A DNA stretch of 62,654 nucleotides. Source: an uncultured Bacilli bacterium. GTDB lineage: Bacteria > Bacillota_I > Bacilli_A > RF39 > UBA660. The stretch lies in contig CALVRT010000081.1 in NCBI GenBank assembly GCA_944358735.1, positions 1 to 62,654 of the forward strand, in the 5' to 3' direction. Under the pieces are notes generated by a model. That model was given only the letters and a program-made list of their open reading frames with translations. It made no database searches and was not told the origin of the DNA. Each line of letters starts with the position of its first letter. The stretch's first letter is position 1. This document shows, piece by piece, positions 37,342 through 46,102 of the stretch. The position numbers and the translations under genes are program-made.

Positions 37342-38656
37342 TATTTTCTCCTAATTTATTTGTTTTTATAACAAAATTATTAATCGCATCATCTGAACAC
37401 TTACTAAAGTTACCTGCAGTAAAATTAAATTGTTTGCGACCATCTAATTCATCTAAAGCATCATTATGTTTAAAGGAAATATGTTTATTTATTTTATTAT
37501 ACAGTTCTGTTCCGTGATAAGGCCTAAACTGAAAAGCGCTAGTGCGAAATAAACCACAACTATTTTGAGAATACTCATATATTTTTAAGGCTAAATTATA
37601 AGTATCTTGACACTCTTTTTCAGTTTCATCAGGAAGGCCATACATAAAATAACCTTTAACATTTATTCCGGCATCTAATAATCTAGTGATAACATCATAA
37701 ACTTCCTCGACACTACCAACTTTATGAACCATTTTTCTTATTTCATCATTCCCAGATTCAATACCAATTTCTAATTCCCGGCATCCAGAATCTTTTAAAG
37801 ATACAAATAAATCTTCAGACCCTTGAAGTGATTTTATATGTGCCATTGCCCGCCACTCAAAGTTAAATTTTCCAAATATTTTTATTGCTTTTAAAATACT
37901 ATTTCTATTTTTTAGAAATAAATCATCAAGAACTCTGATGCTTTTAGTTTCGGGGTGCAGGCAACTAATTTGTGTCAATTCTTCAGTAATAGATTCTTCG
38001 TCTCTCTCCCTAACTGGTACATTACTATTTAAAGAGCGTGCACCACCACAAAAAGCGCAGTTATATAAGCACTCTCTTGAAGTAATTATAGCCTCTTCTA
38101 TTTTCCCGTAAACATTAGTAATGCTTCTATTTCCAAATAAGGTTCTGTTAAGCGGTAATTTAGATATATCTTGCGGTAAATAAATAGAATCTTTATCAAC
38201 TTCATAGACAAATCTATTATTACTTTGGAGTTTAGTCCGCTCACTCACCTGATTTTTAACAATATCACAAATTATATACTCACCTTCACCAATAATAACA
38301 GATATACTATTATTAGTTTTAAAATTAATTATATCTTGGTATAAAAACTTTGTACTTTTACCACCTACTAAAAAATTAGTTTTATAAGGACATTTTTCAA
38401 TTATTTCTTTTATCAAATCAAAATTAACTGAAAAAATATTTATACCTACAAAGTTAGGTTCTTCAACACCGATTATTGAAATTATCTCCTCGACCGTTAA
38501 ATTATCATTAACACAGTCAATTATTTTAACATCGATATTTTCTTCTTGTAAAATAGTTGCGATATAACCTAGCCCAAAAGGTGGTAGATAATCTTCTATA
38601 TCTCCCACTTTACGGTTATAAATTGGTGAATTAAATAAAATTACTTTCATAAACAT
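37307..38656 (-). CDS. B12-binding-domain radical SAM enzyme (class B)
   Basis: The N-terminal cobalamin-binding-like Rossmann region (VILFNSP ... PFGLGYIATIL) is followed by the CLYNCAFCGG CxxxCxxC cluster. Confidence 0.8.
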   Translation of the reverse strand: MFMKVILFNSPIYNRKVGDIEDYLPPFGLGYIATILQEENIDVKIIDCVNDNLTVEEIISIIGVEEPNFVGINIFSVNFDLIKEIIEKCPYKTNFLVGGKSTKFLYQDIINFKTNNSISVIIGEGEYIICDIVKNQVSERTKLQSNNRFVYEVDKDSIYLPQDISKLPLNRTLFGNRSITNVYGKIEEAIITSRECLYNCAFCGGARSLNSNVPVRERDEESITEELTQISCLHPETKSIRVLDDLFLKNRNSILKAIKIFGKFNFEWRAMAHIKSLQGSEDLFVSLKDSGCRELEIGIESGNDEIRKMVHKVGSVEEVYDVITRLLDAGINVKGYFMYGLPDETEKECQDTYNLALKIYEYSQNSCGLFRTSAFQFRPYHGTELYNKINKHISFKHNDALDELDGRKQFNFTAGNFSKCSDDAINNFVIKTNKLGENNEFKNRKVPEL

Positions 38657-38751
38657 CAGCTTTCTTTGTAAAATGATTAATAATTTAAGGCGTATAACTT
38701 ATTCATTCTTTCCCTAACTTCATATGATAGTGTAGATAGGGGGAAAAGAAA

Positions 38752-39012
38752 ATGTTTAAAAAGAACTGTATGTGTCAAATGCCAAACAATTGCTGTGAAC
38801 CTAACTGTCCAATTGTTGAACCGGCAATTAACAAATGTGTAGAAAGAGAATTCTGTCATGAGGTTAATCATATTTGCCCAATTCATACTCATGTGATTAA
38901 TAAACACATTTATAATCATACATACACTCCGCAGTATTCTTGTTCTGAAGAAAATCAAGTTATAAACAATGACCCAGGGTGCTGTGGTGGTTTTAACAAT
39001 AATGGCTTTTAA
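38752..39012 (+). CDS. cotD: CotD-like Cys/His-rich spore coat protein
   Basis: CPIVEPAINKCVEREFCHEVNHICPIHTHVINKHIYNHTYTP follows the IVxP...V.HI.P.HT.V.N.H..H.Y.P pattern I recall for CotD. Confidence 0.6.
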   Translation: MFKKNCMCQMPNNCCEPNCPIVEPAINKCVEREFCHEVNHICPIHTHVINKHIYNHTYTPQYSCSEENQVINNDPGCCGGFNNNGF

Positions 39013-39027
39013 GCCATTTTTTTCTTG

Positions 39028-40335
39028 TTAAAAAGGTATTTTAAAATTACCATCTTTAAATCTTTTCATCATTATTTTCATTTGCTCAAACTGTTTTAAT
39101 AAGCGGTTTACTTCTTCAACACTTCGGCCACTACCAGCAGCAATTCTTCTTTTACGGCTGGCTTTTAAGATATCTGGATTTCTTCTTTCTTTAGGTGTCA
39201 TTGATAAAATAATTGCTTCAATATGGGCCATTTGTTTAGGGTCAATATTAACATTATTAAGACCCATTTTTTTAGCTCCAGGAAGCATTTTTAAAATGTT
39301 TTCAAGTGGTCCAAGTTTTTTTATTTGGTTTAACTGGACAAGAAAATCCTCTAAATCAAACTTCCCTTTTTGCATTTTTTCAGCAGCTTTTAATGCTTCT
39401 TCATCATCCATTAAACCTTCAGCTTTTTCAATCATTCCCATCAAGTCGCCCATATCGAGAATTCTATTAGCCATTCTTTCTGGATAAAATTCTTCTAACC
39501 CATCCATCTTTTCACTAACACCGATAAATTTAATTGGGATATTGGTTAAGTGTCTAATTGATAAAGCAGCCCCACCTTTAGTATCACCATCTAATTTAGT
39601 TAAAATCGCGCCTGTTAAAGGTAGTTTTTCATTAAAGCCAGTAATAACATTAACGGCATCTTGTCCAGTCATACTATCAACTACTAATAATATTTCATTA
39701 GGATTGACCGTTTCGTTAATGTTTTGAAGTTCTTCCATTAACGCTTCGTCAATATGTAGGCGTCCTGCCGTATCAATTAAAACATAATTATATCCTTTTT
39801 CTTTAGCGTAATTAACTGCGTTATTAGCTATTTCTACAGGATTACTTTTACCTTCACTATAAACCTCAATATTAAGTTCTTTTCCTAATTGTTTTAACTG
39901 ATCGATAGCGGCTGGACGGTAAACATCACAAGCAACAAGCAATGGTTTTAAACCATATTTTTTTCTAACTAATCTAGCAAGTTTCCCCGCCGTAGTTGTT
40001 TTACCACTACCTTGAAGACCCGCCATCATTACAATAGTCATTGGTTTTACTACTATTAAAGGCTCATCTTCTTTACCTAGTAAATCAACTAGTTCATCTT
40101 TAACAATTTTAACAAAAACTTCGCCCGGTTTTAAACTTTTAGCAACTTCTTCACCCAATGCTTTTTCTTTTACATTGTTAATAAATTCTTTAACTACTTT
40201 ATAGTTAACATCAGCCTCTAGTAAAGCAAGCCTTATTTCTCTTGTAACTTCACCAATATTATCTTCAGTTATTTTTCCATAACCTTTTATTTTATTTAAA
40301 ACATTTTATAATGTATCCCCTAAATTTTCAAACAT
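39028..40335 (-). CDS. ffh: signal recognition particle GTPase Ffh, interrupted by an in-frame TAA at codon 10
   Basis: GLQGSGKTTT, DTAGR and TKLDGD G-domain motifs plus a Met-rich M domain. The N domain continues upstream of the track ORF to ATG 40335 (aaaggtgatagaATG), with TAA at 40308..40306. Confidence 0.9.
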
Positions 40336-40454
40336 TCTATCACCTTTTCTATAATTTAATAACTGCCTATAATTATATCATTTATTTTATATAAAATCAC
40401 TAGTTTTATTAAATTAATAGTTATTTCAATTATAATATATCTATTAAATAATAT

Positions 40455-40502
40455 ATAAAAACCAGCGGTATAACAGGTACTAACCTGCATAGCCTACTGG
40501 TT
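40455..40502 (-). terminator. intrinsic terminator after the XRE regulator gene
   Basis: Minus strand reads AACCAG...CAGGT-tagt-ACCTG...CTGGTT followed by a T run. Confidence 0.6.
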
Positions 40503-40596
40503 CTCTGGCAAATAATATACTCCATTCTAATGATAATTTTAAATCTAATACAATAAATGGCATAATGTTATTTCTTAAGTATTCCTTTAGTAGATA

Positions 40597-40845
40597 TTAA
40601 AATTCTCGGCTTAATTTTTCTAACTCAAAAGAATTATTATTAAAATCTATAGTAATTTTAGCTTTACAAATATCACATATATCAATAAAAGTTTTGACAC
40701 TTGGCATAGCAAGTTCCAGTTCATAAGCTGATATTGTTGATTTAGACACTCCAACTAATTTCCCAAGTTCAGTTTGCGATAAATTATTCAATTTTCTTAA
40801 ATTTTTAATAATTATTCCATAAGATATTTTGTTACTTTCTTTCAC
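40597..40845 (-). CDS. XRE-family helix-turn-helix transcriptional regulator
   Basis: IIKNLRKLNNLSQTELGKLVGVSKSTISAYE. Confidence 0.8.
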   Translation of the reverse strand: MKESNKISYGIIIKNLRKLNNLSQTELGKLVGVSKSTISAYELELAMPSVKTFIDICDICKAKITIDFNNNSFELEKLSREF

Positions 40846-40964
40846 TATATATCACCAAAAAAATTATCTCAAAAAATTAAAATTAAGTCTTAAAATGACA
40901 ATGTGGTTAGAATTTTGGTTTTTTTGTGGTACAATGAGATTGGAATTAAAGTAGGAGGGAATAT

Positions 40965-41908
40965 ATGAACAGAAGAAGATTAACAAGACGTTCAAGAAAA
41001 AAATAAGGAAAGTAATAGCAATTTCAGCTATTTGTTTGCTAGGTTTAATGACAGCTGGTTATGCGGCCATGCAAACTAATTTAAATATTAAAGCTAAAGG
41101 CAATGTATTACAAGGCGAAATTGATATAACTGATAACATCGTTGCTAATGGTGATGGACTGTATATTGACACTTACGAAGAAGGAAGATATGTCTATAAA
41201 GGAACAAATCCCAATAATTATATCGAATTTAATAACGAATTATGGCGTATTCTTGCCAAAGAGGCTGATGGAACATATAAAATAGTAAGAGATGAATTAT
41301 TACCAAACCAAGCTTGGCATACAGCAAAAAATTGTTCTACTGCATATAACACTACAATTAAAGACGGTAGCACTTATATAATTGAAAACATAACTTATTT
41401 AGCACCAGACATAGGTGCGGGCTGCATGGTTTGGACAGACCCCGCAACTTTAAATACATATTTAAATGGAGAATACTATAACAATTTAAATCAAACAGCA
41501 AAAAATAGTATCACATCCCACAGCTGGAAAATAGGAGGGTACAGCAATAATAACAGGAACGATTTAAGGAAAATAATTACCGATGAAGGCAGTAGTACTT
41601 GGAATGGTAATATTGGTTTAATAAATACTAGCGATTATTTAAGAGCTAATAGTGACATAATAAATTGTAATGCCAATAATGATTATTCAGTGTGTAAAAA
41701 TACAAATTGGCTATATAATAATAATGATTGGTGGACAATAAATACTTATTACTATTTTGGCATTACATATATAACATCTGATGGAGATATTACTTATACT
41801 GGTTCAGTAGTCACTAGTATTGCACCTCGCCCTACTCTCTATTTATCTTCTGATATTACTTTAACTGGAAAAGGTACTAAAGAAGAACCATATCATATAA
41901 AAAACTAA
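40965..41908 (+). CDS. secreted / membrane-anchored protein whose start and body are in different frames (A7 tract at 40997-41003)
   Basis: AGGAGG 7 nt before ATG 40965 gives MNRRRLTRRSRKK-TAA. The -1 frame continues IRKVIAISAICLLGLMTAGYAAMQTNLNIKAKGNV... to 41908. The track ORF (TTG 41036) begins inside the hydrophobic helix. Confidence 0.65.
40997..41003 (+). other. A AAA AAA slippery heptamer followed by a 0-frame TAA
   Basis: AGA AAA AAA TAA; a -1 shift reads AAA AAA ATA AGG. Confidence 0.8.
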
Positions 41909-41931
41909 CACCTTGATTGGTGTTTTTATGT

Positions 41932-41966
41932 TTATATAGAATTCTACATAATTTTTAACAAAAAAA
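41932..41966. repeat. 35-nt intergenic element, copy B
   Basis: ttataTAGAATTCTACATAATTTTtaACAAAAAAA lies just 3' of the ftsZ terminator on the minus strand, in the same relative position as copy A after rnj. Confidence 0.85.
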
Positions 41967-41992
41967 TTGCCTTTTTCAAAGCAATTTATATA

Positions 41993-43045
41993 TTACAATC
42001 CTCTTTTTCGCAAGAATAAAGGAATAGCAGAATCATCGTTATCATCTAAAATTGAGTTGATGCCATCATCTTCTTTAGCATGCGCTAGTTCTTTAGTATC
42101 ATCTTCAAAACCAGTAGCAATAACAGTTACAATAATTTCATCTGTAAAGTTTTCGTTAATAACCGCTCCAAAAATAGTATTTAAATCTCCACCAGCTGAT
42201 TTTCTAATAGCTTCCGCTGCTTCTTCAACTTCAAATAATGTTAAGTTAGGGCCACCAGTTACATTGATAATAGCGTCAGTTGCTCCATCAATACTAGTTT
42301 CTAAAAGTGGGCTTAAAACGGCTTGATTAGCAGCTTCAACAGCTCTATCTTCACCAACACCAGCACCAATACCAATTAAAGCATTACCACGTTTTTCCAT
42401 AACGGCTTTAACGTCAGCAAAATCTAGGTTAATAAGTCCAGCTACAGCAATTAAATCTGATATTGATTGAACACCTCTTCTTAAAACATTATCTACTTCT
42501 TTAAATGAATCTAAAAGTGGCGTTGATTTATCAATAATTTCTCTTAAACGGTCATTTGGAACAACAATTAAAGTATCAACATGTTTCTTTAATTCTTCAA
42601 TACCTTCTAAAGCTTGTTGCATTCTTTTTTTACCTTCAAATGAAAATGGTTTAGTAACAATACCAACAGTTAATGCGCCTTTACTTTGCGCGATATCGGC
42701 GATAACCGGAGCTGCTCCTGTTCCAGTTCCACCACCCATTCCGCAGGTAATAAAGACCATATCGGTATCTTTTAAGGCTTCTTCTAATTCGTTTTTAGAT
42801 TCTAAAGCTGCTTCTTTACCGATTTTAGGGTTAGCCCCGGCACCAAGTCCATTAGTAAGCTCTGAACCTATTTGTATTTTTGTTTCCGCTAAAGAGTTAT
42901 TTAATACTTGTAAATCCGTATTGGCAGCAATAAAATCGACACCTTGAACACCTGACTCAATCATTCTATTGACGGCATTTCCACCGCCACCACCAATTCC
43001 AATTACTTTAATTCTTGCTAATTGATCCATTTCTAATCCAAACAT
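41993..43045 (-). CDS. ftsZ: cell division protein FtsZ
   Basis: [13 protein letters not shown] and [11 protein letters not shown] tubulin signature motifs. Confidence 0.97.
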   Translation of the reverse strand: MFGLEMDQLARIKVIGIGGGGGNAVNRMIESGVQGVDFIAANTDLQVLNNSLAETKIQIGSELTNGLGAGANPKIGKEAALESKNELEEALKDTDMVFITCGMGGGTGTGAAPVIADIAQSKGALTVGIVTKPFSFEGKKRMQQALEGIEELKKHVDTLIVVPNDRLREIIDKSTPLLDSFKEVDNVLRRGVQSISDLIAVAGLINLDFADVKAVMEKRGNALIGIGAGVGEDRAVEAANQAVLSPLLETSIDGATDAIINVTGGPNLTLFEVEEAAEAIRKSAGGDLNTIFGAVINENFTDEIIVTVIATGFEDDTKELAHAKEDDGINSILDDNDDSAIPLFLRKRGL

Positions 43046-43057
43046 TTATAATTCCTC

Positions 43058-44293
43058 CTATTCCCCGAAAAAGTATCCAAATACTTTACCGAGCATTGTA
43101 TCATCTGATGTGCTTACCAAATGCTTATTTGGGGTTGATAGCACTTCCATATCATCACGACTTATCATTGTATATTCGTGACTTTTTAATTTCAAAGTTC
43201 CAATAAAATAAATAATATTACCAATTGCCGTACTATACTTATTATCTCGCGCACCAATTAATTTAATTTTTCCAATACTAACTTTATCGCCTAAAATTTT
43301 ATGACATAAATATTCAATATTTTCTAAATTACTTAAACCGCCCGTAATAATTATGTACTGCAGTGGCTTGTCAGTTAAATTATCCATTTCTTCTTTAACT
43401 ATTTCTAATAATTCTTTAACTTGTTCTTCAACCAAACGCGAAACTTCTAACTGACTAATTCTAATTTTTCTTTTTTCATCATTAATAACTTCATATAAAT
43501 TATTAACATCAGCATTTTTTGAATATGCTAGTGCAAATCTCTCTTTTATTCTTTTAGCTTCCTCAAGATTTATTTTAAATTTATAAGCAATCTCTTGGTC
43601 AATATCTAAACCACCCATATCAATAACCCGGCTACTAATCGCAAGACCACGGTTATATAAACTGATACTGGTAGTTCCAGCCCCCATGTTTATTACCATG
43701 CCAGTATTATTTAGTTTACTACTTTTATAGGCCGCTAAATCAACGATACTTCCCGTTGCAATATCAACTAGCTCAATACCTAAATTTTCTAAAACACTAG
43801 CAACTGAATAAACGTTTTTCTTTGGTACCGTTACCATCACCGCCCGAGCGTCCAAAGTTTGTCCACTTTGACCTTTAGGGTCATCTACCGGCCTCCCATC
43901 GACTTTGAAATCGATTGGCAACATGTTAACAAATTCGTGGTCGGGTAAAATATTTTTACGAATACCACCCCGATATGCATTCATTATATCTTTCGCCGTA
44001 ATTTTTTCATCTTGGATTGGCACCTGACTGTTTATCACCATATATTCAGCAAAATAAGTTGGTACAGAAGCAATTACTTTTTTTATTTCAATTCCAAGCA
44101 TTTCCTCCACTTCAGAAAGCGCTTTAGCAATTGATGCTTGAGCTTTTTTCGGGTCAACAATTAATCCCCTTTTAATCCCAGATGCCGGTGTATTAGTGGT
44201 AGCTAATAAATGCAAACGATTATGAGTAAGTTCACAAACAACCACTTTTATAGAATCACTGCCGATATCAATGCTTGTGTAAACATGCTCCAT
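43058..44293 (-). CDS. ftsA: cell division protein FtsA
   Basis: Actin-like ATPase (IDIGSDSIKVVV, NMGAGTTSISL, ITGGLSN) immediately upstream of ftsZ. Confidence 0.95.
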   Translation of the reverse strand: MEHVYTSIDIGSDSIKVVVCELTHNRLHLLATTNTPASGIKRGLIVDPKKAQASIAKALSEVEEMLGIEIKKVIASVPTYFAEYMVINSQVPIQDEKITAKDIMNAYRGGIRKNILPDHEFVNMLPIDFKVDGRPVDDPKGQSGQTLDARAVMVTVPKKNVYSVASVLENLGIELVDIATGSIVDLAAYKSSKLNNTGMVINMGAGTTSISLYNRGLAISSRVIDMGGLDIDQEIAYKFKINLEEAKRIKERFALAYSKNADVNNLYEVINDEKRKIRISQLEVSRLVEEQVKELLEIVKEEMDNLTDKPLQYIIITGGLSNLENIEYLCHKILGDKVSIGKIKLIGARDNKYSTAIGNIIYFIGTLKLKSHEYTMISRDDMEVLSTPNKHLVSTSDDTMLGKVFGYFFGE

Positions 44294-44379
44294 ACCATCA
44301 TCTCCTACAGTCTACACCTAATTATACTATATTTTTTTGTAAATGAAAAGTAAATGTCAAAATTTATCGAAAAAAATCA

Positions 44380-45540
44380 TTATATTTTGCGAATTAACCT
44401 TTTACCTGGTAAATAATGGCAGTCACTAGAACACTTAAAGCCCGGAAACGTACATCTAGCTCCATGGGTATAATTCTCCATCTCACTTTTTAATGGATTT
44501 TTATCATCTAATGCTTTATAATACTTATTTAAAGTATCCTTAGTTCTGAGCATCACTTCTAGCTGGGCATCAGTACAGAGTCGTTCATAAGCTTTTAAAA
44601 CAAAATTTTCATAAAAGCCTCTTTCTGTAATTAAAACACACTGGCCTTGCGGATAATCGTGTTTAACTAACCGAAAATCCTTATCCCACTGCCGGCGAAG
44701 TTCATCGTTATCGGCAACAATGATGGGCATATAAAACTTTAAGCCTTCGGTAAACTTCATTTTATAATCAAGCGTTCGGTGACGCTGGGCCTGGGCCAAA
44801 CAAGCTAAACTAGCTTCATAATTTGTACTATAAACATCACCAAAATATTCCTCTCCAGGTTCTTCCATAAATAATGACAATTTTCTATTTTTATTATTTT
44901 GCATTAACCTAGTATCTAAAACACCGAGCCAATCTAACTGTAAAATAAATTCTTGCATGGCTGTAGCTAGCTTTTCTTCAAACGGCGTTTTATCATCTTT
45001 ATTTATAAATTCTTCCATCATCGTAGCTATTTGATTAATTTGCCTTAAAGATGTTGTATATACCATCGTTTTGGGCGTAAATACACTAATAAAATAACGA
45101 GCATTTTCCAAAGCTAATTTTTCGATTTTTCTACTATCAAAATTTTTACCGTACTTTTTAGTTATTTCTTCTTTTAAAATTTCAACCCATTTAAAATAAA
45201 GCTTTAATTCCAAAGAATCGTCCCCGCTTGCTTTAACATACCTTTCGGACTTTTCACTCGTCGTATACATTTTTTCGTTATTAAGAACCATGGCTAATAT
45301 TTTGGGAATATCTTCAATATAAAGCTGAACTTGTTCATGGTCATAAATACTATGATGTCCACTATCTAAAGTTAAATTAATCCGGTTAAGCGTTTTTTCA
45401 GAATCTTCTTTCTTTGCTTTCGCAAGTCCTGTTTTACTATAACATATACTAGCAATTTTACCACATTTTTTCAAAGCCGCATCTTTATTATATGGCTCGA
45501 TACTATCATTTAAATAATTATCTAATACTTCTATCTTCAT
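44380..45540 (-). CDS. divergent ThyX (Thy1)-like protein, longer than canonical ThyX
   Basis: ASICYSK, SGHHSIYDHEQVQL and TSEKSERYV align with ThyX blocks, but the canonical RHR position reads NEK. An RHR occurs later (AQRHRTLDY). Start at ATG 45540 (GGGAGGA upstream). Confidence 0.45.
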   Translation of the reverse strand: MKIEVLDNYLNDSIEPYNKDAALKKCGKIASICYSKTGLAKAKKEDSEKTLNRINLTLDSGHHSIYDHEQVQLYIEDIPKILAMVLNNEKMYTTSEKSERYVKASGDDSLELKLYFKWVEILKEEITKKYGKNFDSRKIEKLALENARYFISVFTPKTMVYTTSLRQINQIATMMEEFINKDDKTPFEEKLATAMQEFILQLDWLGVLDTRLMQNNKNRKLSLFMEEPGEEYFGDVYSTNYEASLACLAQAQRHRTLDYKMKFTEGLKFYMPIIVADNDELRRQWDKDFRLVKHDYPQGQCVLITERGFYENFVLKAYERLCTDAQLEVMLRTKDTLNKYYKALDDKNPLKSEMENYTHGARCTFPGFKCSSDCHYLPGKRLIRKI

Positions 45541-45617
45541 AACCAAATCCTCCCTATTTATTTCATTATATCAAAAATTTAAGCTTTCAGTAACCCAAAA
45601 AACAGAAAAAAGCCAAT

Positions 45618-45866
45618 TTATGGCTCTTTAAAGAAATTGTCAATAGGTTGGTCTAAAACTACTGCAATACGATACAATGTTTCTAATGAACAACCTATCT
45701 TACCTTTTTTGAATTCTAATCTCCGCATAAAATCATATGAACGTTCAATGTCAACAGCTAACTGTTCTTGTGTTATCCCCGCTTGTTTGCGATACTTTTT
45801 AATATTAGCTGACACTTTAGTCATAAAATCTTTATCGAAATTAAAATCACGCTTAAATGCAGTCAT
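45618..45866 (-). CDS. XRE-family HTH regulator
   Basis: NIKKYRKQAGITQEQLAVDIERSYDFMRRLE. Start at ATG 45866 (GGGTGAT upstream). Confidence 0.75.
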   Translation of the reverse strand: MTAFKRDFNFDKDFMTKVSANIKKYRKQAGITQEQLAVDIERSYDFMRRLEFKKGKIGCSLETLYRIAVVLDQPIDNFFKEP

Positions 45867-45943
45867 TTGTATCACCCATTTATATAATGGCACATTTATT
45901 TGAAAAATTCCGGTAACTAGCAATCACTTTTAAAAAATTAGGA

Positions 45944-45972
45944 TTTACATATTTAAGTTTTTTTGCTATAAT
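45944..45972 (+). promoter_or_regulatory. promoter of the solitary tRNA gene
   Basis: TTTACA (45944-45949), 17 nt, TATAAT (45967-45972) with a TGc extended -10. The tRNA begins 13 nt after the -10. Confidence 0.65.
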
Positions 45973-45984
45973 GTTTTTGTACTT

Positions 45985-46058
45985 GCCACAATAGTATAAT
46001 GGTATTACGAAGCAATGGTAATGCTTTAACGTAGGTCCGATTCCTACTTGTGGCACCA
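45985..46058 (+). tRNA. tRNA-Thr (anticodon GGU) with encoded CCA
   Basis: Acceptor stem GCCACAA/TTGTGGC, anticodon stem AAGCA/TGCTT, loop A-U-GGU-A-A, T stem GTAGG/CCTAC, discriminator A, CCA. G1:C72 and C2:G71 fit Thr identity. The T-loop reads TCCGATT, so C where U55 is near-universal. Confidence 0.8.
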
Positions 46059-46102
46059 GAAGAGAATTTGCTCGAACTTTTGAGCTTTATTATATATTTC
46101 TA

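Noticed and set aside
38657-38751. A sigma-K type promoter (AC, 16-17 nt, CATAnnnTA) for the cotD-like gene, based on CATATGATA at about 38724
   Set aside because: No AC dinucleotide lies at the required 16-17 nt spacing (the nearest is about 22 nt away), so the match is not convincing from sequence alone.
38752-39012. The Cys-rich 86-aa ORF as a RiPP precursor for the adjacent B12-radical SAM enzyme
   Set aside because: Its His/Cys pattern (IVEP ... HICPIHTHVINKHIYNHTYTP) matches what I recall of the spore-coat protein CotD. It is divergently transcribed from the radical SAM gene, which is instead translationally coupled to the UDG-like gene. I cannot fully exclude it without a search.
40460-40502. 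The long hairpin upstream of ffh as an SRP (4.5S/scRNA) gene
   Set aside because: It lacks the conserved SRP domain IV motifs (GGAA/GNAR tetraloop with symmetric and asymmetric loops). On the minus strand it is followed by a T run directly after the XRE gene, so it reads as an ordinary terminator.
45985-46058. The lone tRNA as an ochre suppressor that could decode the in-frame TAA codons
   Set aside because: With the only consistent cloverleaf, the anticodon loop reads A-U-GGU-A-A. That makes it tRNA-Thr(GGU), not a UUA anticodon.
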